The notes under the pieces were generated by a model. It was not told where the DNA came from, did not search any database, and worked only from the letters and a program-made list of their open reading frames with translations. 64,000 nucleotides of DNA, from IMG/VR virus record IMGVR_UViG_3300028840_004348, one strand, 5' to 3'. Source of the stretch: a virus. Shown here piece by piece: positions 10,752 to 19,154 of the stretch. How positions within the stretch are numbered: position 1 is the stretch's first letter; each line of letters starts with the position of its first letter. The position numbers were made by a program, and so were the translations under genes.

Positions 10752-11032
10752 GCCGGCTCCAGGTAAAAGTTGTTGACCAAGTGCTTTCCCGCGCTGGTCT
10801 TCATCTTCAGAGCGGAGATGTCGTCGGGAAGCTTGTAGGGGATCCCGTCCACGTAGAACAAACGCCCCTTCAGCTTCATCATCTTCGCCAACGGGACAGT
10901 CATCAGCGCCACGGCTATCGGCTCGCCCTCCTCGTAGGAGCTGTCATCGACGAGAACGACGCGGCCCACGGGAAGCCCCTTCTGGTCGCGCAGGACGTGA
11001 TCATGCCGAAACATCTTGGGCAGCCCGTTCAT
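10748..11032 (-). CDS. Hypothetical protein
   Basis: 94-aa ORF overlapping the terminase start by 4 nt, suggesting translational coupling. Confidence 0.4.
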   Translation of the reverse strand: MNGLPKMFRHDHVLRDQKGLPVGRVVLVDDSSYEEGEPIAVALMTVPLAKMMKLKGRLFYVDGIPYKLPDDISALKMKTSAGKHLVNNFYLEPA

Positions 11033-11829
11033 TTGATGCCATACCTCACGGAGATAGCGTTGAGAACTTCCGGAATGGCCTGCTTCATCGTGTCACCGAC
11101 TCGACTCCGGATAATCTGCGCCACCTGATCGGGCAACCGTGACCCTGGCAGCTCTCGTACCAGGAGCCTTTGAATTTCCTCCGCCACCGATTCGATGCGG
11201 GTCACAGTGGACTCGACAATCATCTCGACGGCCTCCTGGAGGGCCGTCCCTGCGACTTTGCTGCTGGATTCGATGGCCGCAGCTTCCTTCTTGAGCTTGA
11301 GCAGATCGGCAATGAGCTTCTGGAACGTGGTTATCTCGTTGAGATCCACTTTGGCCTCGCCACCGGCCTCGACGGCCTCGACCTCCTTGGTGGTCATCTG
11401 ACGATTGAAGCCGTGGAGCCGCTGCTCGGCTGCGGCGATGAGCGCCTTCATCCGCTTGAAGTCGTCGACCTCCTCGGAGAGAGCCTGGCGCTCGACGATG
11501 TTGCGATACGCGGCCCGATGGATCTGGATGCGCCTGCTGCTCGGGTCCTGGATGGCGAAGCCGACGTTGATCGCCGAATCGACTTCTTCCAAGTTTGAGA
11601 CATGTTTCTTGTTGAAGTGGTGATAGAAGTTGGCCTTGGTGAAGAGCGTGATCTTCCGATCTTCCGGCAGCAGCTCGTTCTTGATCTCCAGGCGACCGTT
11701 CAGCCACCTGACGATCTGAGCATACGGCTGTTCCTCGTCGAAGACGCGCCTGTGGGTCTCGCGCCAGAGGTTCGCGTCCAAGTCGATCAGGCCACAAAGT
11801 TTGCAGCGCTCGCTGAGTATCACTCCCAT
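11029..11829 (-). CDS. Hypothetical protein, possibly the terminase small subunit (position only)
   Basis: 266-aa ORF immediately upstream of the TerL-like gene. Coiled-coil C-terminus. A promoter-like motif abuts its ATG. Confidence 0.35.
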   Translation of the reverse strand: MGVILSERCKLCGLIDLDANLWRETHRRVFDEEQPYAQIVRWLNGRLEIKNELLPEDRKITLFTKANFYHHFNKKHVSNLEEVDSAINVGFAIQDPSSRRIQIHRAAYRNIVERQALSEEVDDFKRMKALIAAAEQRLHGFNRQMTTKEVEAVEAGGEAKVDLNEITTFQKLIADLLKLKKEAAAIESSSKVAGTALQEAVEMIVESTVTRIESVAEEIQRLLVRELPGSRLPDQVAQIIRSRVGDTMKQAIPEVLNAISVRYGIK

Positions 11830-11850
11830 ACTGATAATATACCAGACAGG

Positions 11851-12381
11851 TCACGGGTTGTTCTGAGTCCGCTGAGCGGTCTTCTGAGCCGCCCGGTTCG
11901 CGGCCTCCTCGATGATCTTCTCCATCGAGGCCGGAGGATGCTCGATCTTCTGTTCGAGCTTCTCCAACTTCTCCCCGTGAGCTTCGAGATGGAAGGCCAC
12001 GCCGGCCAGATACCAGACGAAGCCGGCTCCGGTCGTAACCAGGAAGAGGAGCATCGCGGCGAGACCTCGGATGTACCAGCGATAGAGCTTTTTGCTCTCC
12101 TCGACACCGACCTTCGCGACTTCCCGGATGGTCTCCGTGTTCTCGCGAATGCCCTTCTTGTTGGCTGCGATGCTAGATTCCATCGCTTCAAAAGCTCCTT
12201 CCCGGAGACATTGGTGGCCTTCGCCGATCTTAGTCTTCAGGTCTTCGATGTCGCCATCGACCCGCTTGAACTCGGACTTGACAACAGCGCGGTCGGACTT
12301 GTCCTTCTCGATCCTGTCGAGGCGCTTGTCTAGCCAGGAGGGGATCTTGGCCGTGAAACTAGTGCGGGCTTCGTCCGTCAT
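11851..12381 (-). CDS. Membrane protein (one TM helix) with coiled coil
   Basis: Internal start MTDEARTS. TM segment GLAAMLLFLVTTGAGFVWYLAGVAF. Confidence 0.45.
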   Translation of the reverse strand: MTDEARTSFTAKIPSWLDKRLDRIEKDKSDRAVVKSEFKRVDGDIEDLKTKIGEGHQCLREGAFEAMESSIAANKKGIRENTETIREVAKVGVEESKKLYRWYIRGLAAMLLFLVTTGAGFVWYLAGVAFHLEAHGEKLEKLEQKIEHPPASMEKIIEEAANRAAQKTAQRTQNNP

Positions 12382-12383
12382 CT

Positions 12384-12922
12384 GCTTCCATCCCGAGTAG
12401 GCTGCTCCACGGTATAGAATAGCACGACTCTTTTTGGAAAATCTAAGGACGCGACTCCCCCGAGCCAATCCGAGCCAATTCGATCCAAGTTGAAAAAACC
12501 CTCTGATATACCCACCAACGATATCGAAAATCGAAGAACGAAATACATCGGGTTTGGAAAGACTTCCAAAATTCAACAAGATTTGCCAAGTTCTAACAAC
12601 TCGATCCAATCTTGTTGTCTCACGACCATCCTGATCTGTATGAATCCAAGTCTACCAAGGCAAAGAATTCGGCATAGAGTTTCGAGAATCCTGACCGGAG
12701 TGAAGAATTCTGGAGCGTAGCGTAAGAATTCTGAACGTAGGGAAGGATTCGAAGAAACTCCTGCGGAAAACTTCGTTAACAGGTACACTTTGGCGGTAAT
12801 AATTCCGTTGAAGCTTTGAATCTTGGTGCCAGGAATCCCATCGATCCAAGACTTCCGGATGGCGGCGCATCGTATTACGATGTTACTGAGGTTAGATCGT
12901 TAATATACAGGAACGGATCTTC
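12384..12922 (-). other. 540-bp AT-richer non-coding region with short direct repeats (TTGGATCGA x3, CAGAATTCTT x2, ATTGGCTCGG x2 in tandem) and a promoter-like motif at its far (upstream) end
   Basis: No credible ORF; the track ORFs here are short and mutually overlapping. A CTGTATATTAA motif at 12898-12908 would make this a long leader or ncRNA; alternatively an iteron-like region. Confidence 0.4.
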
Positions 12923-13120
12923 CTACCGATCTTCTTTTTCGAAAAGTTGGATATGCTCGATGGCGAGCTGGATATGTACGGCTATCTGGTTCTTGCAGTC
13001 CCCGTGAAGGACGCCGTCGAGGGCTTCGTGGAGATGTTTACGAGCTTTCTTCAACAGGTAGGATGGTCGCTCCCCAGTGACATCGTTCTTGGATCCATTC
13101 TTCGACGTATTCGATGACAT
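12923..13120 (-). CDS. Hypothetical small protein
   Basis: 65-aa ORF. Confidence 0.25.
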   Translation of the reverse strand: MSSNTSKNGSKNDVTGERPSYLLKKARKHLHEALDGVLHGDCKNQIAVHIQLAIEHIQLFEKEDR

Positions 13121-13271
13121 CTTCCTCTATTAAGGTGCCGTCCTCTGCGAAGCAGCCCTCCGGCACCTCGACCTCCTCGGCGCAGCCGAACTTGAAATCA
13201 CCGATCTCGATGTCCATCCACATCTTAACTTTCTTGCGCCCGTTCACGAGATCCTCCCTTCTTGCCGCCAT
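13038..13271 (-). CDS. Hypothetical small acidic protein
   Basis: 77-aa ORF. Overlaps the previous ORF in another frame; at most one of the two is likely real. Confidence 0.25.
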   Translation of the reverse strand: MAARREDLVNGRKKVKMWMDIEIGDFKFGCAEEVEVPEGCFAEDGTLIEEDVIEYVEEWIQERCHWGATILPVEESS

Positions 13272-13644
13272 GTTTGTTCTGGGCCTGCTTGAGCAGCCAG
13301 TCCTCTCTTCTGCGGGCTTCTTCCTCCAGGTCGGCCTGGCAGGCCACGACCTCCCTCCAGAGCTTCAGGGCGGCTGTGACGCCCTCGTAGCGAAGGGTGT
13401 TGTCCGCGTTCGTAGGACCGCCTTCTCTCAGAACGAGAGACAGGCCGTAAGCCAGCTCGGCAGAGATCGTGTCCCGAATCTCGGTGAAGATGTCCTCTTC
13501 GCGGATGCCGGCACCGGAGAAGACCTCGATGATGTCTCGGTAGGTGATCTTGGTCGGGTCGATCTCGTTGGTTTCGGGGTTCTTGAGATGGTCACGCTCC
13601 AGGAAAGCGGAGACGACCTTGACGAGCTTCGATTCGCTGCTCAT
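13225..13644 (-). CDS. Hypothetical protein
   Basis: 139-aa ORF. Confidence 0.4.
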   Translation of the reverse strand: MSSESKLVKVVSAFLERDHLKNPETNEIDPTKITYRDIIEVFSGAGIREEDIFTEIRDTISAELAYGLSLVLREGGPTNADNTLRYEGVTAALKLWREVVACQADLEEEARRREDWLLKQAQNKHGGKKGGSRERAQES

Positions 13645-13650
13645 GCTCCC

Positions 13651-13782
13651 TCACTTCGACAAGTAGACCCCTAAGACGAACATCCCGAGGAGGATTAGGA
13701 TGAAGACGAAGAATTCGATGAAGGTGTAGATCTTGCCCCGGATGGTTTCTCCCCTCGGATCGTGTTTGAACTCCAGGGTCAT
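13651..13782 (-). CDS. Small membrane protein (43 aa)
   Basis: ATG and TGA in frame. Hydrophobic stretch FIEFFVFILILLGMFVLGVY. ATGA-overlaps the upstream gene's stop. Confidence 0.3.
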   Translation of the reverse strand: MTLEFKHDPRGETIRGKIYTFIEFFVFILILLGMFVLGVYLSK

Positions 13783-14015
13783 TTCATTGGGCTCCAGAAC
13801 CTTTCCTCGACCTCCTCGCCGCACAGATACTTGCAGTAGACGGTGCGCTCCAGCCGCCCTTTGTCGTCCTGCTGAATCATGGCTCCGCTGAGTTTGCAGA
13901 CGGCGACGGGCGGGAACTTGGTGTAGGTCTCGACGTGCTCGCAGTCGTAGTCGCAGTAGTCATCGCCGAACTTCCGGCTCGTAGTGACGGTGGTCTCGAT
14001 GTTCTTGACGGACAT
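13779..14015 (-). CDS. Cys-rich small protein (about 78 aa)
   Basis: Internal start MSVKNIET with GAGGAGG RBS. Motifs CDYDCEH...C...C. Confidence 0.4.
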   Translation of the reverse strand: MSVKNIETTVTTSRKFGDDYCDYDCEHVETYTKFPPVAVCKLSGAMIQQDDKGRLERTVYCKYLCGEEVEERFWSPMK

Positions 14016-14016
14016 C

Positions 14017-14331
14017 TCACTCCTCCTCGGGCGGCATCGGGTACGGCAGGCTCCAGCGGGCTTTGATGCGCTCTCGCATCGAGCCATCCGACCAGACGCA
14101 CGCATCCTTGTTGTTCTTGGCCCTCCGCGCCTTCTGGACACCCCTCTTCTCCACTCCCCGGAACTGGTAGCGGACCGGATAATAGCCCGGAAGCTCTGGC
14201 GGCGCGGTCGTCCATTCGCCGTTGACGAAGTTCTCCCAGGCTTCGAGATCGTCGTCTCCCCGCAGCTGGCAATGATCGCAGATGTCCTGGCCGTGGTCGC
14301 GCAGGACGAATACGTAGAGATTCTTGGGCAT
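14017..14331 (-). CDS. Hypothetical protein
   Basis: 104-aa ORF. Confidence 0.45.
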   Translation of the reverse strand: MPKNLYVFVLRDHGQDICDHCQLRGDDDLEAWENFVNGEWTTAPPELPGYYPVRYQFRGVEKRGVQKARRAKNNKDACVWSDGSMRERIKARWSLPYPMPPEEE

Positions 14332-14339
14332 GACTCCTC

Positions 14340-14651
14340 CTAGCCTTGCAGAACTATCTTGTCGAGGGTCTCGTGCTGGGAGAAACGCTCCTCCAAAGCC
14401 TTGAGCCGATTCTCATGCTCTTCCAGGAGGATGCCGACCTCGTTGTTCAGAAGATCGATCTCCTTGCGAAACTTCTCGTTCGAGGACACCAGCTCCTCGT
14501 TGGTCTTGACGAGCTGCTCGTTCGTCTCGATGGCCTTCTTGAGCAACTCGGGCAGCTCGGCGAGTGACTTCGCGCCGGAGGTCGCCTGCTGAAGCGCCTT
14601 GCGGGCCTGCTTCTCCTTGGCCCGGCGCAACTTTCGTTCGGCGCTTCCCAT
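14340..14651 (-). CDS. Coiled-coil protein
   Basis: Internal start MGSAERK. Heptad-rich sequence. Confidence 0.4.
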   Translation of the reverse strand: MGSAERKLRRAKEKQARKALQQATSGAKSLAELPELLKKAIETNEQLVKTNEELVSSNEKFRKEIDLLNNEVGILLEEHENRLKALEERFSQHETLDKIVLQG

Positions 14652-14968
14652 CAGGTCTCCAGCGTCTTGATGCGCTCTTTCAACTTCGCGACAAGGTCTT
14701 CGATTCGCGGATCCCTGGGTTCGCCGGGTCTCCATCCTTCGAGACCCAGGACCCGACCGATGGAGATGGCCGCGACTTCTTCGTACAGTCGAAGTTCGAA
14801 CAGCTTCTCATGGGTCTCCGTGAGGTCGTCGAAAGTCTTCCGAATATCGTTGATGGCTTGGAGAACGGCCATCTCCAAGGCATCCAGAACACGCTTCTGC
14901 TGAACTTCCAAGGCTTTGAACAAAGGGTCTTCCTCGACATTCACACCCGGACGCAGTTCATCTTCCAT
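14651..14968 (-). CDS. Hypothetical protein (about 105 aa)
   Basis: Internal start MEDELRPG. GAGGAGG RBS and a cTGTATATTAAcc motif 27 nt upstream. Confidence 0.4.
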   Translation of the reverse strand: MEDELRPGVNVEEDPLFKALEVQQKRVLDALEMAVLQAINDIRKTFDDLTETHEKLFELRLYEEVAAISIGRVLGLEGWRPGEPRDPRIEDLVAKLKERIKTLET

Positions 14969-14992
14969 GACGGTCCTCCTCGTAGATCTATG

Positions 14993-15003
14993 GTTAATAT
15001 ACA
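14993..15003 (-). promoter_or_regulatory. Promoter-like motif cTGTATATTAAcc
   Basis: 27 nt upstream of the ATG at 14968, with GAGGAGG RBS between. Confidence 0.45.
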
Positions 15004-15020
15004 GAGAAGCCGAGTTGAAC

Positions 15021-15590
15021 TTACATCTTTTCGAAGGGGATGCCCGGAGGAGCATCCACGCGTTCGAAGAGGGGACTCGCCTGGAAGAAGTTCTGAAGAT
15101 ACTCGGGGGAAACGGTCTCCGGCCTCCAGGCCACCGTGTTGGGAATCTTGCCGTAACCATCGACCTTGCCGGCTCCCGGCAGCGCGGCGTGGTACATGAC
15201 GTGAGCCACGTACTCGGAGCAGAAGAGCCGATCGTCCCGATGAACCGGTTCCTTGGATTTGCGTCCGAACAACCGGTAGGCGATGAGCTTGAAGAGTCCT
15301 CCGAGCAGCCCGAGCCAATCGTATCGTTCTCCGACAAAGTCCTTGGTGGCGCGGAGCGCCGGCCAGATGTCCTCGGAGCACTCGTAGCACTCCATGTAGC
15401 CGACGCGTGTGAGCTTGTCGACGGGGATCTTGTTGACGCCGCGCTCGTTGATCTCGACCGCCCACCAATCGCCCCATTCTTTCGACTGGTACAGGACCAA
15501 CGAATGGTTGATGTTGGACTTCATCGCCCATCTGAGGATCTTCGAGTACAGGGCGTTCGAGGTCGTCACCGCGAAGAGGACTCGACTCAT
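15021..15590 (-). CDS. Hypothetical protein
   Basis: Internal start MSRVLF overlaps the upstream stop (ATGA). Confidence 0.45.
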   Translation of the reverse strand: MSRVLFAVTTSNALYSKILRWAMKSNINHSLVLYQSKEWGDWWAVEINERGVNKIPVDKLTRVGYMECYECSEDIWPALRATKDFVGERYDWLGLLGGLFKLIAYRLFGRKSKEPVHRDDRLFCSEYVAHVMYHAALPGAGKVDGYGKIPNTVAWRPETVSPEYLQNFFQASPLFERVDAPPGIPFEKM

Positions 15591-16204
15591 GCAGTTTTCT
15601 CCAGGAGGGAGATGGCGTAATCGCGTACTTCCAGGCTCGTGGCCCCGTTCAGGTACCCTTGCAAGATGAACCGGTCCGGATTTCCAGGCTGGTTCTGGTT
15701 GGCCCAGAAGCTCACGATGGCCCATGCCCCCTCGGTATCAGGTAGCTCGATGTCCGCCGGGGTGCAGACGAGGCCGTCGCTCTCGCGGACAACCCGCAGC
15801 TTGGCCCCGGCCCCCACGGTCTTGATCTGTCCGCTCAGCCGGCCCCACGCCAGCGTCGGATCGGACACGAAGAAGGAGATGTTCGTGACCACCCCGCCCG
15901 CATCCTCCCATATGTCTGGAGACGTGATCGACTTGGGGCCTTCCAAGATCTTTGAAGAGGCTCGGAACTCAAAAGCAGGGGGAGGATCTCCTTGATGGTT
16001 GGCGACGATGTTGTCAAGAATCCCTATCTCCTCGGTCGAAAGCTCGTCGTCGAACCAGATGTAGCAGCTGTCGCCCCGCGTGAAGATGTAATCGAACGTC
16101 TTGGTGATATTGCTCGATATGATTTCGATCTTGAGTGAATCCGGATTGACTTTCTGATTCGGAAAGTCCTCCGAAATGCTGTAGAGATACTCCGTTGCTG
16201 CCAT
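15587..16204 (-). CDS. Hypothetical (structural?) protein
   Basis: 205-aa ORF directly downstream of the large fibre gene. Confidence 0.45.
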   Translation of the reverse strand: MAATEYLYSISEDFPNQKVNPDSLKIEIISSNITKTFDYIFTRGDSCYIWFDDELSTEEIGILDNIVANHQGDPPPAFEFRASSKILEGPKSITSPDIWEDAGGVVTNISFFVSDPTLAWGRLSGQIKTVGAGAKLRVVRESDGLVCTPADIELPDTEGAWAIVSFWANQNQPGNPDRFILQGYLNGATSLEVRDYAISLLEKTA

Positions 16205-19152
16205 TACGTCACCTTCATGAGCACTATCCGCTTGGAACGGATGTAGGCGGTCGCCCCTTCGGTGTAGAAGTCGAAATCGAAGTTGTGGACACCGGCAGAC
16301 GCAGACGTGAAGAAGAAGACACCACCCATCGTGTCGATTTCTGACGCGATCAGCGCCTCCGGTTCGAAAGCCCCTTCGGCGATGGTGGTGGTGTCGTCGA
16401 TCTGGACTCGGACATGCACCCGGTACGACCCGGAGGAGCTAGTGTACTCGCAGTAGTACCAGACCAGATAGGTCGCGACCTCCAGAGTGGGGGAGTAACG
16501 CCACGCCTGGGTCCAGCTGGTGTTGGTCGTGGAGTCAAGCGCCTCTTCGGAGCCTTGCAGCATCGCCGGAACAGCAGAAGGCGTTCCCCATGAGACGGAG
16601 CCGAGGCCGTTCGTGGTCAAGACCTGCCCGGAGCTGCCGTCCGCGTTGGGCAGCGTATAGGCATCGCTGATACGGACGTTTCCGCCGATGTTGATATAGT
16701 TGTTGGAGCCGTGGGCCGTGATGTTGCCCCGCGTCCCCATGATGATGCTGTGGCCATTGTCGAGGCGGTAGTCCCCGCTGACATGCATGTCCGCCTCGGA
16801 GTAGAGGTCGTCGTTGAAGCGGAACCTCGCGCCTCCCTCGTCCCAATAGAGCCACTTGGTTCGAGTCGTGTCGAAGGAGATGAGCCTGTTGTTCGTGTGG
16901 AAGTCTCCGTCCGGATCGAACTGGCAGAAAGTCCCGGACGGATTACCTATGCGCACCAGACCGGTGCCCTGGACCACGAGATCGAGATTGGCGTTGTTGT
17001 CCGGTGCGAGCGACAGCCGGTTGCCGCCCGCAGTCAGGTACGAGATGGAAGTGACGGCACCCCAGGAGATTCCCTTGTTGGCGTCCAGGTTGAAGTTCTC
17101 CGATGTGTAGACGTCGTCGTTGAACTCGAAGCGGTTATCCGTGGCACTGTCGTAGATGAGCGCGTGCGTCTTGGCGTCGTCGAAGTAAAGCTCTCCCGTC
17201 CACAGCTTCAGATCCTGGGCGATCAGGAGGTCGGCCCCAAAGATTTGAAGCTCGTTGCCACCCACCGTCGAGTACGCCATGCCGGCTGACTTGGCGGCAC
17301 CGTTGAAGTAGATGCTCTTGTCGAGTCCGAGCACCATGTTGTCGGAGGCGTCGATCAGGATGCCGGAATCCTGGATCAACTTGCCGGTGGTCCCGTCGAA
17401 CCGGACGATGGCGGTGTCGGTAGCCGACGCCGGTCCGACGACGTCCCCGGAACCGCTCCCAGCAGCCCAGGTCACGTTACCCAGACCGTCTGTCGTGAGC
17501 GTCTGTCCGGAAGAGCCATCCGTAGTCGGCAGTGTGTAGGCTCCGACCGTCAGCGTGCCATTGACCTTCAACTTGGAGTTGAACTCGAACTGGGAGTTCA
17601 GGCTGCTCCACTGGAGCGTCCTGGTCTTGGCCGTGTCGAAGGTGCTCGGCACGTCCGAGTCGACCTGGAAGCCGCCTGCGGCCTGGATCGCTCCGTTGGC
17701 GAACACTCGGTCGTTGAATTCGAATCTGGTGTTTCCGGCATCGTATTCGAGGGACTTGGTGTTTGTTCCGTAGTCGAACCAGATCTTGGAGTCCGCCGCG
17801 ATGTAGATGTCGTTGACGTCGACGACGATATTACCCCGGGCGACGACCGTGTCCATCAGGTGGATATCGTTGCCACCCCCTGCCAGCTCGACCTGGCCTG
17901 CGGTGGAGTTGTACGAGAGCCCTTTGTCCAGGTCGCTGTCGAGGTAGTAATGGCCATCCGGTGGCACGTACATTGAATCGGACCACTCGATGGCCCCGAC
18001 CGACGAGTTCCAGCGCACCGATTTCGAGACGGTCGGCGTACCGCTTCCAGTCGTATCGAAGTAGAGCCGTTGGTTGGGCGACAAGAAGAGGTTCTCGACG
18101 GTATAGATACCCTTGTTGACGTTCATCAGGCCGGTGAACGGATTGTCCGAGGTGACATCGAAGGTCCCCGATCCGCCATCGGTCATGGTCATGTAGCCGC
18201 CGAGCTGAGTCTCTCCGAGAACAATCAGATCCTGGGCGGTGTAGACGTTCGCCCCCAGCTCGAACCGGTCGCTCGCGCTGTTCCAGCGGATCCCTTTGGC
18301 GTGCGAAGGACCATCGAAATAGCAGTACTCGTTGGAAGGCACCTGAAGATATGCGCCTGACCCCATGACCGCCAGCATCCCCTTCGAGGCATCGGCCTCC
18401 GCGTAGACGCGGATGTTGGAGGTACCCGGTTCGTAGAGCCCGAAGGAGTCGGCATAGAACTGGATGCCGGCGTTGTCGAAGCTGGCCAACATGTTTCCGG
18501 AGCCGTCCTTGATCCAGGACAAGTCGTCGGCTTGCAAACCTCCCTGGGTATGGACGTTCCGGTCGAAGTTGTAGCGGTTGTCGGCGTTGTTGTATCCGAA
18601 GTAGCGGTCGTAGGTGCCGCTACCTTTGAAACGGATGTGGGTACCGGCGTCGATGTTCTCGACGTAGAGGCTCGCCGTGCCGAAGTTGACGGAACCGAGC
18701 GTCGTGAAGCACAGCTCGTCGGCTCCATCGATCTGGAGATAGCCGCTCGAATTGAAGCGGATGCCGTAGTCCGTACCGGTCGAGAGATAGAGCCAATGGT
18801 TATCACCGAGATGAAGGTTGTTGGAATCGTCGATCCGAACGCCGGATCCCTGAAGGCAGGTTCCCGTCGTGCCGTCGAACCTTGGAATCGCGTTGTCAAG
18901 GGACGTACTTGGACCGAGTACGTCTCCCGCGCCGACTGCGCCGAGATCGGTGATGAGCACCCCGGAATCGTTCTTGAGAGTGATGTATCCAGCCGTCAAG
19001 GCCGCATCGAGATCGACCGAGGAGAGCAGCTCGCCGAGCATGTACTCCGTCATCAAGTCGTAGTCGACGGTGGGATGGGGGAACGACCGCTGTCCCAGGT
19101 CGTTCAGGACGACAGGATCGAGGGTGCCCGTAGTGGACAGGTAGAACGACAT
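16204..19152 (-). CDS. Tail fibre protein (982 aa) with internal repeated modules
   Basis: Duplicated segments GDV(L/V)GP..S.D.AI.RFDGTTG and YTLP..DGSSGQ.LTT.GLG.V.W. Gly-rich beta-repeats. Confidence 0.55.
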   Translation of the reverse strand: MSFYLSTTGTLDPVVLNDLGQRSFPHPTVDYDLMTEYMLGELLSSVDLDAALTAGYITLKNDSGVLITDLGAVGAGDVLGPSTSLDNAIPRFDGTTGTCLQGSGVRIDDSNNLHLGDNHWLYLSTGTDYGIRFNSSGYLQIDGADELCFTTLGSVNFGTASLYVENIDAGTHIRFKGSGTYDRYFGYNNADNRYNFDRNVHTQGGLQADDLSWIKDGSGNMLASFDNAGIQFYADSFGLYEPGTSNIRVYAEADASKGMLAVMGSGAYLQVPSNEYCYFDGPSHAKGIRWNSASDRFELGANVYTAQDLIVLGETQLGGYMTMTDGGSGTFDVTSDNPFTGLMNVNKGIYTVENLFLSPNQRLYFDTTGSGTPTVSKSVRWNSSVGAIEWSDSMYVPPDGHYYLDSDLDKGLSYNSTAGQVELAGGGNDIHLMDTVVARGNIVVDVNDIYIAADSKIWFDYGTNTKSLEYDAGNTRFEFNDRVFANGAIQAAGGFQVDSDVPSTFDTAKTRTLQWSSLNSQFEFNSKLKVNGTLTVGAYTLPTTDGSSGQTLTTDGLGNVTWAAGSGSGDVVGPASATDTAIVRFDGTTGKLIQDSGILIDASDNMVLGLDKSIYFNGAAKSAGMAYSTVGGNELQIFGADLLIAQDLKLWTGELYFDDAKTHALIYDSATDNRFEFNDDVYTSENFNLDANKGISWGAVTSISYLTAGGNRLSLAPDNNANLDLVVQGTGLVRIGNPSGTFCQFDPDGDFHTNNRLISFDTTRTKWLYWDEGGARFRFNDDLYSEADMHVSGDYRLDNGHSIIMGTRGNITAHGSNNYINIGGNVRISDAYTLPNADGSSGQVLTTNGLGSVSWGTPSAVPAMLQGSEEALDSTTNTSWTQAWRYSPTLEVATYLVWYYCEYTSSSGSYRVHVRVQIDDTTTIAEGAFEPEALIASEIDTMGGVFFFTSASAGVHNFDFDFYTEGATAYIRSKRIVLMKVT

Positions 19153-19154
19153 CC

